In this document: positions 37,559-47,509 of the stretch, one piece after another | Layout: each line of letters opens with the position of its first letter | Numbering within the stretch: the first letter of the stretch is position 1 | Assembly: GCA_016209535.1 (NCBI GenBank) | Contig: JACQVW010000236.1 | Location: 1-54,863, forward strand | DNA from: Planctomycetota bacterium | GTDB taxonomy: Bacteria > Planctomycetota > UBA8108 > SXIK01 | Direction: 5' to 3' | DNA: 54,863 nt | Translations under genes and position numbers: made by a program | The notes under the pieces: model-generated | Seen by the model: the letters and a program-made list of their open reading frames with translations, nothing else | Databases searched by the model: none | What the model was told of the DNA's origin: nothing

Positions 37559-39548
37559 CGCGCACCTCCCTCGGGGCCACCCCGTCGACCACCGCGGACT
37601 CCAGCACCACCGTCTCCTCGTCCTTCTTGCTCGCAACGAGCTTCGACGGCCCGACCAGCCCTCCATCCACGCCGTCGCCACAGAGCAGATCGATCGCCGG
37701 CGTGACGATGAATTGGTTGATAGCCCTCGGGGCGCCGCGGGCGCCCTCGTCCAAGCTGCGGCCGAAGGTCCTCTCCGCCAGGAAGGTCCGCACGTCCTCC
37801 TGCACCTCGATCGTCACGCCTTTCAGCTTCTGGAACTTCTCGAGCTCCCGCTCGAGCACGCCATCGACGATCTTGCGGCAGGTCGCTGGGGTCAGGGGCA
37901 GGAAGGTGATCCGCTCGTCCAGGCGGCCCAGGAACTCGGGCCGGAAGCGCCGCTTTCGCAGTTCCCTCATGGCGGCCCGGAAGAGCTTGTCGGGCAAGCT
38001 TGCAGGATTCTGTAGCTCACCGGGATGCGCACGGAGCCAGATCTGGCCTGCGTTCGTCGTCATTACGATGATGCACTTCCTGCCGTCGCGCACGGGGCCC
38101 GCGGGGTCGCTGATGACGCCCTCGTCGGCGAAGCGGAGGAGGGTGTCGAAGACCTGGGTATCCGCCTTCTCGATCTCGTCGAAGAGGACCACGCACTCCG
38201 GCTTGTCGCGGAGACCGTTGGTGAGCTTCCCCTCACCGTAGCCCACGTACCCGGGGGGGGCGCCGATGAAGCCGCTCATGGACTCCTTCGTCTTGAATTG
38301 CCCCATCTCGAGGAAGATCAGGGAGTCCTCGTCGCCGTAGACGTAGCGCGCCAGCTCCTTCGCGAGCTGCGTCTTTCCGACGCCTGTGGGGCCCAGGAAG
38401 AGGAAGACCGCCGCCGGGCGGCCGTCCCTGGGGAGCCCGAAGCGCAGGCGCTTCACCCAGGGGACGACCCTCTCGATCGCGGCCTCCTGGCCGCAGATCC
38501 GCCTTTTCATGCTCTCCTCGATCTCTCGCAGCGAAAAGCGCTGGCCCGACTTCACCTCCTCCTCCTCGGGCTCGGAGGACTCCAGGTGCTCCCGCAGGCC
38601 GTCGAGGACGAGCGCCTTCCCCGGCGGGAAGAGGCGCGCGAGCTCCTTCGTCTGGGAGGCGGCGAAGGCCCTCGCGATGTCCAGCTCGGCCATTCCGCGG
38701 GCGCCGCGCCCGCGCGCCCCGGCGCCGGCGTCCCGGAGCACGCCCTGCACGCTCTCGAAGACGAGGTCCTTGCGCAAGGCGAGGTCGTCGTTCCGCTTCC
38801 TCCCCGGATGCGTCAGCTCCCGCGCCAGGACCGCGTGCAGGTCCCGTCGGACGTCGATGCCCCGAGCTGCGAGGGCGCTGGCCAGCGGGCTCGAGTCCTT
38901 GCCGAGGAGGGTGTAGAGCATGTGGCGGCTCGTGACCTTCTTCGCGCCCAGGCTGGCGGCGTCCTCGGCCATCCGGAGGCAGAAGCTCCAGCCGCTGGGC
39001 TCGAAGGCACTGGCGACGAGCTGCCCCTCGGCGGTGAAGACCTCGTTGCCTTGCGGCAGGTCGTCCTGGCCCACGTGCTTCTTGAGCTTCTCGAGGCCCT
39101 CCTCGCCGAGCCAGAGCTCGAGCACCCGGTCGAGGTCCGAGTCCTCCGCCGCGAGGAGCCCCCGGGTGAGGAGCCTGTCCGTGACCTTCCCCGCTCCCGC
39201 GTGACGCTCCGCCGCCTCGAGCATGCGGAGGACGGGGGGGGGCACGACCGCCGAGGTCAGTCTCTGCGGCAGCTTGGCCCCCGGCACGGGGGCCGACGGG
39301 CACGCGTCCTCGAGGGTCTCGAGGAAGTCCTCAGGCTTCTTGCCCCTCCGGTCGATCAGCCATGTCCGGGCGATGGTGCCCGGGGCCTTCAAGAGGCAGT
39401 AGAGCCAGTCGCGGAGCTCGACCCGGCGGCGGCCGTGGGTCATGGCCTCGGCCAGGACCCTGTGGCCCCCCTGCGTTCCCGGTCCGAGCACCGAAGCGAG
39501 GACCGGGTCGAAGGCATCGATCTTGAGTCCCGTCTCGTCGAGCAGCAT
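37548..39548 (-). CDS. Clp/Hsp100-type ATPase with two Clp N-like domains and only the D2-type AAA+ module
   Basis: GGAGG RBS, ATG 39548. ICGQEAAI, FLFLGPTGVGKT (Walker A), GAPPGYVGY pore loop, VLFDEIEKA (Walker B), FRPEFLGRLD and GARG. No D1 module. Confidence 0.9.
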   Translation of the reverse strand: MLLDETGLKIDAFDPVLASVLGPGTQGGHRVLAEAMTHGRRRVELRDWLYCLLKAPGTIARTWLIDRRGKKPEDFLETLEDACPSAPVPGAKLPQRLTSAVVPPPVLRMLEAAERHAGAGKVTDRLLTRGLLAAEDSDLDRVLELWLGEEGLEKLKKHVGQDDLPQGNEVFTAEGQLVASAFEPSGWSFCLRMAEDAASLGAKKVTSRHMLYTLLGKDSSPLASALAARGIDVRRDLHAVLARELTHPGRKRNDDLALRKDLVFESVQGVLRDAGAGARGRGARGMAELDIARAFAASQTKELARLFPPGKALVLDGLREHLESSEPEEEEVKSGQRFSLREIEESMKRRICGQEAAIERVVPWVKRLRFGLPRDGRPAAVFLFLGPTGVGKTQLAKELARYVYGDEDSLIFLEMGQFKTKESMSGFIGAPPGYVGYGEGKLTNGLRDKPECVVLFDEIEKADTQVFDTLLRFADEGVISDPAGPVRDGRKCIIVMTTNAGQIWLRAHPGELQNPASLPDKLFRAAMRELRKRRFRPEFLGRLDERITFLPLTPATCRKIVDGVLERELEKFQKLKGVTIEVQEDVRTFLAERTFGRSLDEGARGAPRAINQFIVTPAIDLLCGDGVDGGLVGPSKLVASKKDEETVVLESAVVDGVAPREVRGER

Positions 39549-39559
39549 GGGCCGACCTC

Positions 39560-42500
39560 CTATCCTCCCTTCGTGACGTCCGCCGCGATGATCTCCTGGA
39601 GGGCGCTCCTGGCCTTCCGTTCTCCCTCCCTCGCCTTGGCGAGGTCGCCTTTCACCACGCTCTCGGCCGTCTCCCGGGCGTACGCGAGGCCGATCAGGAG
39701 CCGGACGCGCGGATCGGCCAGGTCGGCGACGCAAGCCGGGAGGTCGTCCTTCAGGAGCTTGGACCACCGCTTCGCCCGGAAGTGCGCCGAGGCCGCCGCG
39801 AGCCAGAGGTCCACGTCCGCGGGCAGGCGGTCCAGGATCGGCTCGAGCCTCGAGTAGGCCTCGAGGTAGTCGGCGTCGCGGCAGTGGAGCCACGCGCAGA
39901 TGGCTCCGAGGAGCGCCGCCGGCTCCTCGCGCCAGGCCGCCGCGCTCCCCCGACCGGTCCCGAGCGCCGCCAGGACCTCGCCGGCGGCCTCGGCTCTGCG
40001 CGCCGGGTCCGCGGCCCACAGCCCGGCGACGCTCGCGCCCGGCCAGGGCGCCAGCTCCCGCCACGAGCCCGGATCGAAGGAGGGTGGCGACCGCCCGATC
40101 TCCACGGCCCGGGCGAGGAGGTAACGCCAGCGCCGGAGCACGGCGTCCTCGGTGGAAGGGAACGCCAGGTCCAGCTCCTCGAGGCAGGTCGCGGCCTCGC
40201 CGATCGATTCCATGGACACGCGCCCGGCCCTCGCCTTCTCGAGGAGGCGCCGCTCGGCCTCGAACCAGTTCGTCCTGTCGTCGCGCCCTCGCCCCGTCTC
40301 CTCCCAGACCTTGCGAGCCTCCCGGGCGATCGCGTCGTGCGCCGGTGCCTCGACGGGCCGCCAGACCCGCGAGAGGACCCGCCAGGCCTTGAGCACGAGA
40401 CGCGTCCGCAGGCTCGAGGGAGCGCCCTCCAGGGCCCGCCCGGCGAGGGCCTCCCACGCGCCCTGGAGCTTGCCCGCCTCGAGCAGGCGCCGGGCGTAGA
40501 GCTGAACGAAGGGGAGGGCCCCGCGGGAGCCGCCTCCCAACGAATCCACCTCCCTGCGCAGGCCGCCGAGGCCCGCTGCGGGCCAGGAGAGGATCCGGTG
40601 GAGGCTCGCGTAGGGCGCGCACCAGCCGATGGACTTGCCGCCGCGCTCGAGGAGCTCACCGACCTTCTCGCCGGAACCGCCCGCCGTCGATCCCGCCGCG
40701 TAGGCGCGCCGGACCAGGATGCGGCCCAGGCGCGCCGAGGTCACGGGGTCACCGGCGGAGGCGCGCAGCGCCTTGCGGTGCATGCGCTCGGCCTCCGCGT
40801 CGTTCCCGCGCCGCTCCTCGAGGGCGGCGGCGAGGCGGAGCGCCGCGAGCCGGTAGGGCGTCTCGACGCCGGGGAAGGCCGCATCGAACGCGTCGAAGGA
40901 GTCGAGGAGCCGCCGCGCCTCCTCCGCCTGGCCCCGCCGCTCGAGGAGGAGGGCCCGAGCGTAGAGGATGCCGGGGAAACGCGGCGGCAGGTCCGCGATC
41001 CAGCGGCCGGCGGCCTCCAGGTCCCCGTCGCGAAGGGCGAGGACCGCGAGCTGCGCGCGAGCCTCGAGCCCCTTGGGCCCGCCGGCGACCGCCACGAGGG
41101 ACTCTCTCGCTTCCGCGGGGCGCTCCTCCGCCACGGCGACGCCGCGCCAGTACCGGAGCGCCGGCAGCCACCAGGCTCGGCAGAGCGGCGGGAGGCTCCG
41201 CTCGACGTGGGCGATCAGCTCGTCGAACCGGTGCGAGGCGGAGCGGCCTCGGCCGTTCGCGATCTCGTGACGCGCCGCGGTCATGTCAGCCTCGAGCCTC
41301 AGCTCCTCGAGGAGCACGTCTCCCGAGACCTCTCCCAGCCCCCAGAGGCCTCGCGCCGCCTCGACATCGCACGAGCTCGCGTCCTCGCGGTGGCCGCGGC
41401 GCCGCGAGGCCCTCAAGGAGGAGAGGACGCGGGCCGCCGCGGACCGGGTGGACTTCACGACCTCGTCGAGGCAGCGGCCGCTCTCCTCGATCAGCTCCCG
41501 GGCGCGGGCCGAGAGACCCGCATCGCCGTAGCCGTAGAGCGCCCACCAGCCCTCGACGGCCCAGGCCACCGCGGGCTGCGACGCGTCCAGCGAGCGGAGG
41601 ACGGCGTCGTCCCCGGCCTCGGCCCAGCGGAGGAGACAGGCGCGCGCGTGGACCCAGCGCACCCAGGCCGGCGGCGCCTCGACCGACGGCGGCGCCTCGG
41701 GAGGGACGGCGCCTTCCGTTCGCTTCGCCAGCACGCCGAGCGCGAAGGCGAGCACCGCAGCGGTCGAGGCCAGCGCGGGGGCGCGGAGGCACCCGTCCTG
41801 GCTCCGGGCGGCCTCCAGGCCGTGAGCCACGGAGGCATCGGCGACCTCGTCGGCGGCCGCGGCGGCTCCCAGGACTCGGAAAGCGGCCTCCTCGAGGAGC
41901 GAGAGGAGCGCGTCCGGGTCCCTCGCGGCCGGCGGAGCCATGCCCGCGAGGAGCCTCGCGACCCGGGCCAGGAAGCGCGCAGGCGACGACGAGGCCACGT
42001 CGGGCACCTCCAGGCGGACCACGGCCTCGGCGTGGCGCCCGTCGATCCAGATCTCCTTCTCGGCGATCCCCACCTCGGCCCAGGGCAGCCTCCCGGCCAG
42101 GCTCCGGAGGGCCTCGCAGAGGGCGGCGCGTCCTGCCACGTCCCCCGGCGGCAGAGGGCTCGTCACCTCGAGGACCGGACGGAGCAGCGAGACCGCCAGC
42201 TCCACCTCCCTCGAGTCGAGGTCGCCATGGCGGGCAAGGATCACCGGGAGAAGGCCGCGCGCCCGCTCGAGCGTGGGCTCGCGATAGAGGTCGATCATGG
42301 GCTCGAGGCGCACCCAAGGCGGCCACCCCTCGCCGTCGGCCGCCACGAACCCCTCCTCCGGCTGCCCGCCGGGGAGGTGAAGGCGGGCCCGCGAGACCCA
42401 GTACCGGGGCGCGATGTCGCCCGGGAGGAGCTGCCTCGCCTCGAGCGCGAGGGTCTCCATGTCGCGCCAGCGCCCCTCCCACTCGGCGGCGCGGGCCCGC

Positions 42501-44218
42501 ACGAGGAGCGCTTTTCCCCTCATGAGCCTCGAGAAGGCCAGGTGGGCCGGGTCCACGGCCGCGGCCCACGAGCTGGCCGCATCGGCCGACCCGAGCTCCC
42601 CCGGCACGCGGCAGAGCGCCAGGGCCGCATCGAGCTTGAGGCTTGCCCGGAGCGCCGGGTCGAGCGACTCGAGCACGGCCGCGCAACGCTCCGGTTTTCT
42701 CTCGTAGAGCTTGCCGGCGAGGCTGCGCGCCGCCGCCTCGAGCTTCGGGTTCACCGCCAAGCCCCGCCGCGTGAGCGGGTCCGCGAGGAAGGCCCGCGCC
42801 TCTTCCGCATGCTCGGCGTCCCGGCTGGCGGCGAGGAGGGCCTCGAGGAGCGTCCAGCGCGCCGGGACCCGCTCCTGCCAGCCCGCGCAGCGCTGGTCGA
42901 GCTCCCCCATCCAGCGGCGGGCGTCGTCGAGGCCCGCTCCCGCCGGTGGCGGCAGCTTGCCCAGGGTCCTCGCGAGCCACGAGAGGGCCGGGGCAAGGGG
43001 CTCGCGAGCCACGAGAGCCTTCTCGAGCCGGGCGGCGGCCGCCGCGTACCGCCGATCGACGCGGATCTCCTTCGCGGCGATCACGATCTGGGTCCACGGA
43101 AGCTCTCCCCCGGCCTTCTCCACCTCGGCGGACAGTCCTGCGGCCTCCGACAGGTCGCCGGGGGTCCGCAGGCGCTCGAGGGCGATGGCGCGCCGGAGGA
43201 CGTCGAAGAGGAGCGCCTTCTCCTGAGGGTCGGGTCCCCCGCGCTTGCCCAGGAGGGCTTGCACGACGCTCTTCCCATCGGAGAGCGCGAGCCCCTCGTG
43301 GAGCTGGATCGCGCGGCGCAGGCGCTCCCACTCGTCCGTCGAGGGGAGGCGCGGGCCCGCCAGGACCTCGCCGGGCCGCGTGCCCGGCGTGTGGAGCAGC
43401 GCCCGGGCCAGCCAGTAGCGCGTCCCGGGGTCGCCGGATGCGAGGCGCGCGGCTTCTCGCGCGAGGGACTGCATCGCGCTCCAGTCCCCCTCCCACTCGG
43501 CGGCGCGGGTCCGCACGAGGAGCGCGGACCACCGCATCGCCTCGGTGTAGCAAGGATCGGCCGGGTCCACGAGGGCCGACGTCGCTCTCGCCTCCGCCCG
43601 CGATCCGAACCGGTGCGACGCGCGGCAGAGGGCGAGCACTCCCTCGAGCTTGAGACGCTTCCTCCAACCGTCCGGGAGCTCCGCGATCGCCTCGGCGCAC
43701 GCCTGGGGGGACTCCCGCTCGTAGATCGCCTGGACCGTCTCGACGATGGCGCCCGCGTGGAGGTCCGGGCTCGTGAGGGGGTCCTGGAGGAACTTCGCGG
43801 CCTCCTCCAGGTAGCTCTCGAGGTCGCCCGCGTCGAGGAGCTTCCGGAGCAGCATCCAGCGGAGGGCGACGCGGTCCGGCGAGCCGCCGTCAGCCCCGTC
43901 GAGAGCGGCCAGCCAGCGCTGAGCGTCGTCGCGGGAATCGACCTCGAGGCTCCTCCAGGCGCAGCACGCGTTGCCCTCGTGGATCACGGCCACGGCGGAA
44001 CCGCTGCTCCCGTCCGCCCGGACGCGGAGGTCCTCGAGCCTGCGGCTCAGGGCGTCCAGGGAGCGCGGGTCCTGGGGGGCCCGGTAGGCCCTCCAGATCG
44101 CGTTGCGGGTCCTGCCGGCGCGCGTGAGCTGCCAGGCCAGGCGCTTCACGAGAGATGGAGGCCTCTCCGGCGGCCGGAACGGCGGAGGGTAGGCTGAAGG
44201 GAATGCCGAGGCAACCAT
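39560..44218 (-). CDS. 1552-aa helical/TPR-repeat protein with an internal ~338-aa duplication and a DUF2934-like motif
   Basis: ALLVR.RAAEWEG.W..M..LA.EA..L..GD...RYW occurs twice, 1014 nt apart; TPR-like C-half; IAREARKVWEETGR...NWFEAERRL. Confidence 0.85.
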   Translation of the reverse strand: MVASAFPSAYPPPFRPPERPPSLVKRLAWQLTRAGRTRNAIWRAYRAPQDPRSLDALSRRLEDLRVRADGSSGSAVAVIHEGNACCAWRSLEVDSRDDAQRWLAALDGADGGSPDRVALRWMLLRKLLDAGDLESYLEEAAKFLQDPLTSPDLHAGAIVETVQAIYERESPQACAEAIAELPDGWRKRLKLEGVLALCRASHRFGSRAEARATSALVDPADPCYTEAMRWSALLVRTRAAEWEGDWSAMQSLAREAARLASGDPGTRYWLARALLHTPGTRPGEVLAGPRLPSTDEWERLRRAIQLHEGLALSDGKSVVQALLGKRGGPDPQEKALLFDVLRRAIALERLRTPGDLSEAAGLSAEVEKAGGELPWTQIVIAAKEIRVDRRYAAAAARLEKALVAREPLAPALSWLARTLGKLPPPAGAGLDDARRWMGELDQRCAGWQERVPARWTLLEALLAASRDAEHAEEARAFLADPLTRRGLAVNPKLEAAARSLAGKLYERKPERCAAVLESLDPALRASLKLDAALALCRVPGELGSADAASSWAAAVDPAHLAFSRLMRGKALLVRARAAEWEGRWRDMETLALEARQLLPGDIAPRYWVSRARLHLPGGQPEEGFVAADGEGWPPWVRLEPMIDLYREPTLERARGLLPVILARHGDLDSREVELAVSLLRPVLEVTSPLPPGDVAGRAALCEALRSLAGRLPWAEVGIAEKEIWIDGRHAEAVVRLEVPDVASSSPARFLARVARLLAGMAPPAARDPDALLSLLEEAAFRVLGAAAAADEVADASVAHGLEAARSQDGCLRAPALASTAAVLAFALGVLAKRTEGAVPPEAPPSVEAPPAWVRWVHARACLLRWAEAGDDAVLRSLDASQPAVAWAVEGWWALYGYGDAGLSARARELIEESGRCLDEVVKSTRSAAARVLSSLRASRRRGHREDASSCDVEAARGLWGLGEVSGDVLLEELRLEADMTAARHEIANGRGRSASHRFDELIAHVERSLPPLCRAWWLPALRYWRGVAVAEERPAEARESLVAVAGGPKGLEARAQLAVLALRDGDLEAAGRWIADLPPRFPGILYARALLLERRGQAEEARRLLDSFDAFDAAFPGVETPYRLAALRLAAALEERRGNDAEAERMHRKALRASAGDPVTSARLGRILVRRAYAAGSTAGGSGEKVGELLERGGKSIGWCAPYASLHRILSWPAAGLGGLRREVDSLGGGSRGALPFVQLYARRLLEAGKLQGAWEALAGRALEGAPSSLRTRLVLKAWRVLSRVWRPVEAPAHDAIAREARKVWEETGRGRDDRTNWFEAERRLLEKARAGRVSMESIGEAATCLEELDLAFPSTEDAVLRRWRYLLARAVEIGRSPPSFDPGSWRELAPWPGASVAGLWAADPARRAEAAGEVLAALGTGRGSAAAWREEPAALLGAICAWLHCRDADYLEAYSRLEPILDRLPADVDLWLAAASAHFRAKRWSKLLKDDLPACVADLADPRVRLLIGLAYARETAESVVKGDLAKAREGERKARSALQEIIAADVTKGG

Positions 44219-44395
44219 GGCTGGCGCTGATAGGTGCTGCTCTTCTGCGTGCTGGAGCTGCTCCCGGGGGGAGCGCGACTACGAGAGCTCAACACCCGCC
44301 GTGCCCTCGCTCCAGCACGGTGGGGCCTCACTCCCCGGACCTGGAGTCTCGACCTGACGCCTCGAGCTGTCAAGGGAGTGGGGCGCGCGCCGGGA

Positions 44396-47300
44396 TCAGT
44401 CCCCCTCGAGGCTTCCGGAGGGGCCCGGCACCCGCGCCGGCGCGCCGCGGATCACGACCTCCTCGAGGCTGCCGTCCTTCCTGTAGATCATGACGAGCCG
44501 CTCGCCGGCCGGCTGCACCAACGTCGCGAGCTCTCCGTCGAGGTACCGGTACCGCACCGTCCCGACCGGCGACGTGAGGCTCTCGACCCTGCCGGGTCCG
44601 TCGTACGCGACGGCGGCGCGCCCGCCGAAGGAGTCCGCCACGGAGACGACGCGCCCGCCCTCGTAGTCGAGGCGCATCGCGTGGGTGGGCGAGAAGGCCA
44701 TCTCCCGGAGCTGGAGCCGCCCGTCGAACCGGAAGGCGCAGCCGCTCTTCTCCTCGAGGAGCAGGCCCCCGTCGGCCAGGAGCGCGGCCTTGGCGTAGCG
44801 GCTCTCCTCCGACCTCTCCGGCGCCCACCCCGGCCCCTCGGGCTTCGCCGAGGCGAAGACGAGCGTCTCCTTCCTTCCGTCGAGGACGTCCGTGACCTCG
44901 AGGGTCCTGGGAACGAGCACCTCGACCTTCCGCTGCGAGCCCTCCGGCCCCGGCACGGGCACGTCGCAGGCCTTCACCTGCTCCGCCCCCGCCGGCCGGA
45001 TCGAGCAGGGGAGGAAGAGCCGCCAGCCCTCGCCGAACTCGCCCGGCGGCCGGCCGGCGGCGTTCCACCGGACGACCTCGAGGCCCGGCTGGCCGTTGAC
45101 CCGGAGCGCGACGTCGGTGTGGAACGCGGCCTTCCCCTTCACCGCCGCCCCACCGCACAGGGACCGCGCGGGCAGCACGGTGTACGAGGCGCGGCCGAGC
45201 TTCACCTGGAACCGGGAGTCGCCGAGGGTCGAGGGCGGGCGAGGGGCACCGGGCCCCGAGGCCGCCTTCGCGGCGGGGGCCGCCTGGCGCGCCCACGCCT
45301 GCCGGATCGACTCCTCCGTGGTCCTGTCGACGTAGTAGCGGCCCTCCTCGGACGGAGACATCCCGACGGCGAGGTTCACGCCGCCCGACCACGACACGCC
45401 GGCGAGGAATCGGGAGTCCGCCCTCAGCGTGTCCACGGTGCCTTCGACCTCCTCGCGGAGGATGAGGTGGCGGTTCGCGAGGAGGAACCAGAGGAGGCTC
45501 ACTCCGTTCTCCTTGAGGTACGTCGCGAGGGCGGTGAGGCGCGCGTACTCGTACATGGCGTCGAAGACGGGGTTCACCGCGGCGATCTCCCAGTAGTTGC
45601 GCGTCCAGAACGCGGCGAAGGCCTGGTCCGCCGGGTCCGACACCCCGCGCTCGCCCTGGAGCATCTTCTCCGTGAGGAGGGTCATGCGGCCTCCGTCGAA
45701 GACGAGCGCGTTGCCCGAACGGCGGAAGGTCATGTCCTTGGGGACGAACCAGAAGCGCCTGCCCACCCCGAAGTGGCTCATGCCCAGCTCGCTCACGAGC
45801 TGGTCCACGGGCCTGAAGCCGGGGACGGGCGGAAGCACGAGCCCGATGGCGCACTTCTTCATGTAGTAGTCCGCGATCAGGAGCACCTTCGCGAGGGCCG
45901 TCCCCCGGATGTTGCCGATGAACCGCACGAGCTGCTTGTCCGACTCGGGCGAGATGGGGTCGATGCTGATGCCCGGGGGGACCGGGCTGAAGTAGACGGC
46001 CCACAGGACGGTCACGAACTTGCGCAGGTTCGTGCCCTCGAGGTCGACGCCCTCGCCGTTCACGATGAGGCTGAAGGAGCCCGTCGCCGGGTTGATTCCG
46101 ACGGAGCCGACCTCGCTGGCATCGAGGCCCTCGACCCGCGCCGTGTCGGCGAGGAACACCCCGCCGATCTGGCGTCCGGCGCCCTGCCATGGAAGCGTGG
46201 GCCGCCACTGGAGGTTGGCATGAGGGACGGGCGGCGGCGGGACCGTGAAGCTCGGGAGCGAGGGCGGGAGGCCCACCGGCCCCGCGGGCAGCGCGCCCTT
46301 CGCGGCGTCGAGGTGGAAGTGCTGGATGAAGGCGCCGATCTCCTTGCGAGGCAGGGGGGGGGAGCCGCCGTCGATGGGGGCGGCGCCCGGCTCGGAGCCC
46401 GCCCCCCTGGGGCAAGCCCAGCCTGCCAGCGGCACCTCCCAGAGCAGGACCGCCCCGCCGGGCCGCGACTTGAGGACGGCGTCGCGGAACCCGCTCGCCT
46501 CGCCGTTGGAGAGCTTGGCCAGGATGACCCTGAGCTCCATGCCGCCGTGCACGCCGAGCCGCACGCCGGCGTCCTCGCGCACGAGGAGCTCGTGGTCGAC
46601 CGGTGTGGGGACCGTGGCCACGGGGCACTCGCGCAGCCAGTAGTCGAGGGCGCCGGGAGGAACGAGGCTCTTCATGGCGTCCGCGAGGGCGCTCATGTCG
46701 AAGAGCGTGCGCAGCCGGTCCAGCTCGGGGAACCGCCTCCCGAGCTCGGGGAACCGCCGCGTCATGGCCAGGGCGAAGCGGTCCGCCTCGGAGTCCTTCG
46801 CGCGCTTGTCGCTCGCGGTCCCTCCGGCCGTAGCGCCCCGCGGACCGGCGAAGACTTCCGACCGCACGGCGAGCGGCAAGTCCAGCGCGACGTAGGCGCC
46901 GGCCTCGACCGAGAGAGTGGGCAGCGGCCGGTCCTCCGGCACCACGAACCAGAACCGCGCGCCCACGTCGCGGTCCACCGATGCGGGGTCGCGCCGAAGC
47001 GCCGAGACGCAGAGCTCGTAGTAGGACTCGAGCCCCTCGAGGCCGTGGTCGGCGAGGCCCAGCGCGAGCCGCTTGAGGAGGAGGTCGGCGGCGAAGAGCA
47101 ACGCCCCGAACCTCCGCGCCTCGACGCCGCCGGCGAAGCGGACGGCCTGCCTGCGGGACTCGCGCGTCCGCTCCGTGGGCTCGATGCTGACGAGCGGCCA
47201 CTGGTCGTGGAGGAAGCGGGCCCGCAGGGCCACGACCAGGTCGTCGAGGGTGGGGGCGGGATCCCCGGTCCCCGTGCGCCCCACCAGGATGATGTCGCCG

Positions 47301-47509
47301 GTCTCGGCGTCGTGGACGAGCCCGAGGACCTGGGTGATGCCGCCGAGCCGCTGCACGGGCTCGGGGATGGCCCCGGCGGACCGGATGGCCTCCCCCGCCG
47401 CGCGGAGCGAGAAGGCCACGAACCGCGACTCCGCGGGCCAAGCGGCGACGCCGGCGGAGAGGACGGAGAGGAGAGCGGCCAGCGCGATCGGGATGTGCAG
47501 GGTCCTCAT
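44396..47509 (-). CDS. Secreted protein with two DUF1598-like domains and short C-terminal YD/RHS-like repeats
   Basis: ATG 47509 overlaps the upstream stop (ATGA); signal peptide. S(I)(E/D)P...AD..(L/M)K...(L/I)G...RFWFV...GG(M/V) occurs twice, then FGEGW and YD-like units. Confidence 0.8.
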   Translation of the reverse strand: MRTLHIPIALAALLSVLSAGVAAWPAESRFVAFSLRAAGEAIRSAGAIPEPVQRLGGITQVLGLVHDAETGDIILVGRTGTGDPAPTLDDLVVALRARFLHDQWPLVSIEPTERTRESRRQAVRFAGGVEARRFGALLFAADLLLKRLALGLADHGLEGLESYYELCVSALRRDPASVDRDVGARFWFVVPEDRPLPTLSVEAGAYVALDLPLAVRSEVFAGPRGATAGGTASDKRAKDSEADRFALAMTRRFPELGRRFPELDRLRTLFDMSALADAMKSLVPPGALDYWLRECPVATVPTPVDHELLVREDAGVRLGVHGGMELRVILAKLSNGEASGFRDAVLKSRPGGAVLLWEVPLAGWACPRGAGSEPGAAPIDGGSPPLPRKEIGAFIQHFHLDAAKGALPAGPVGLPPSLPSFTVPPPPVPHANLQWRPTLPWQGAGRQIGGVFLADTARVEGLDASEVGSVGINPATGSFSLIVNGEGVDLEGTNLRKFVTVLWAVYFSPVPPGISIDPISPESDKQLVRFIGNIRGTALAKVLLIADYYMKKCAIGLVLPPVPGFRPVDQLVSELGMSHFGVGRRFWFVPKDMTFRRSGNALVFDGGRMTLLTEKMLQGERGVSDPADQAFAAFWTRNYWEIAAVNPVFDAMYEYARLTALATYLKENGVSLLWFLLANRHLILREEVEGTVDTLRADSRFLAGVSWSGGVNLAVGMSPSEEGRYYVDRTTEESIRQAWARQAAPAAKAASGPGAPRPPSTLGDSRFQVKLGRASYTVLPARSLCGGAAVKGKAAFHTDVALRVNGQPGLEVVRWNAAGRPPGEFGEGWRLFLPCSIRPAGAEQVKACDVPVPGPEGSQRKVEVLVPRTLEVTDVLDGRKETLVFASAKPEGPGWAPERSEESRYAKAALLADGGLLLEEKSGCAFRFDGRLQLREMAFSPTHAMRLDYEGGRVVSVADSFGGRAAVAYDGPGRVESLTSPVGTVRYRYLDGELATLVQPAGERLVMIYRKDGSLEEVVIRGAPARVPGPSGSLEGD

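Noticed and set aside
36182-47509. Type VI secretion locus (ClpV, kinase, RHS)
   Set aside because: No sheath, Hcp, VgrG, baseplate or TssJLM genes. The Clp has one AAA module, and the YD protein has a Sec-type signal and no RHS core end.
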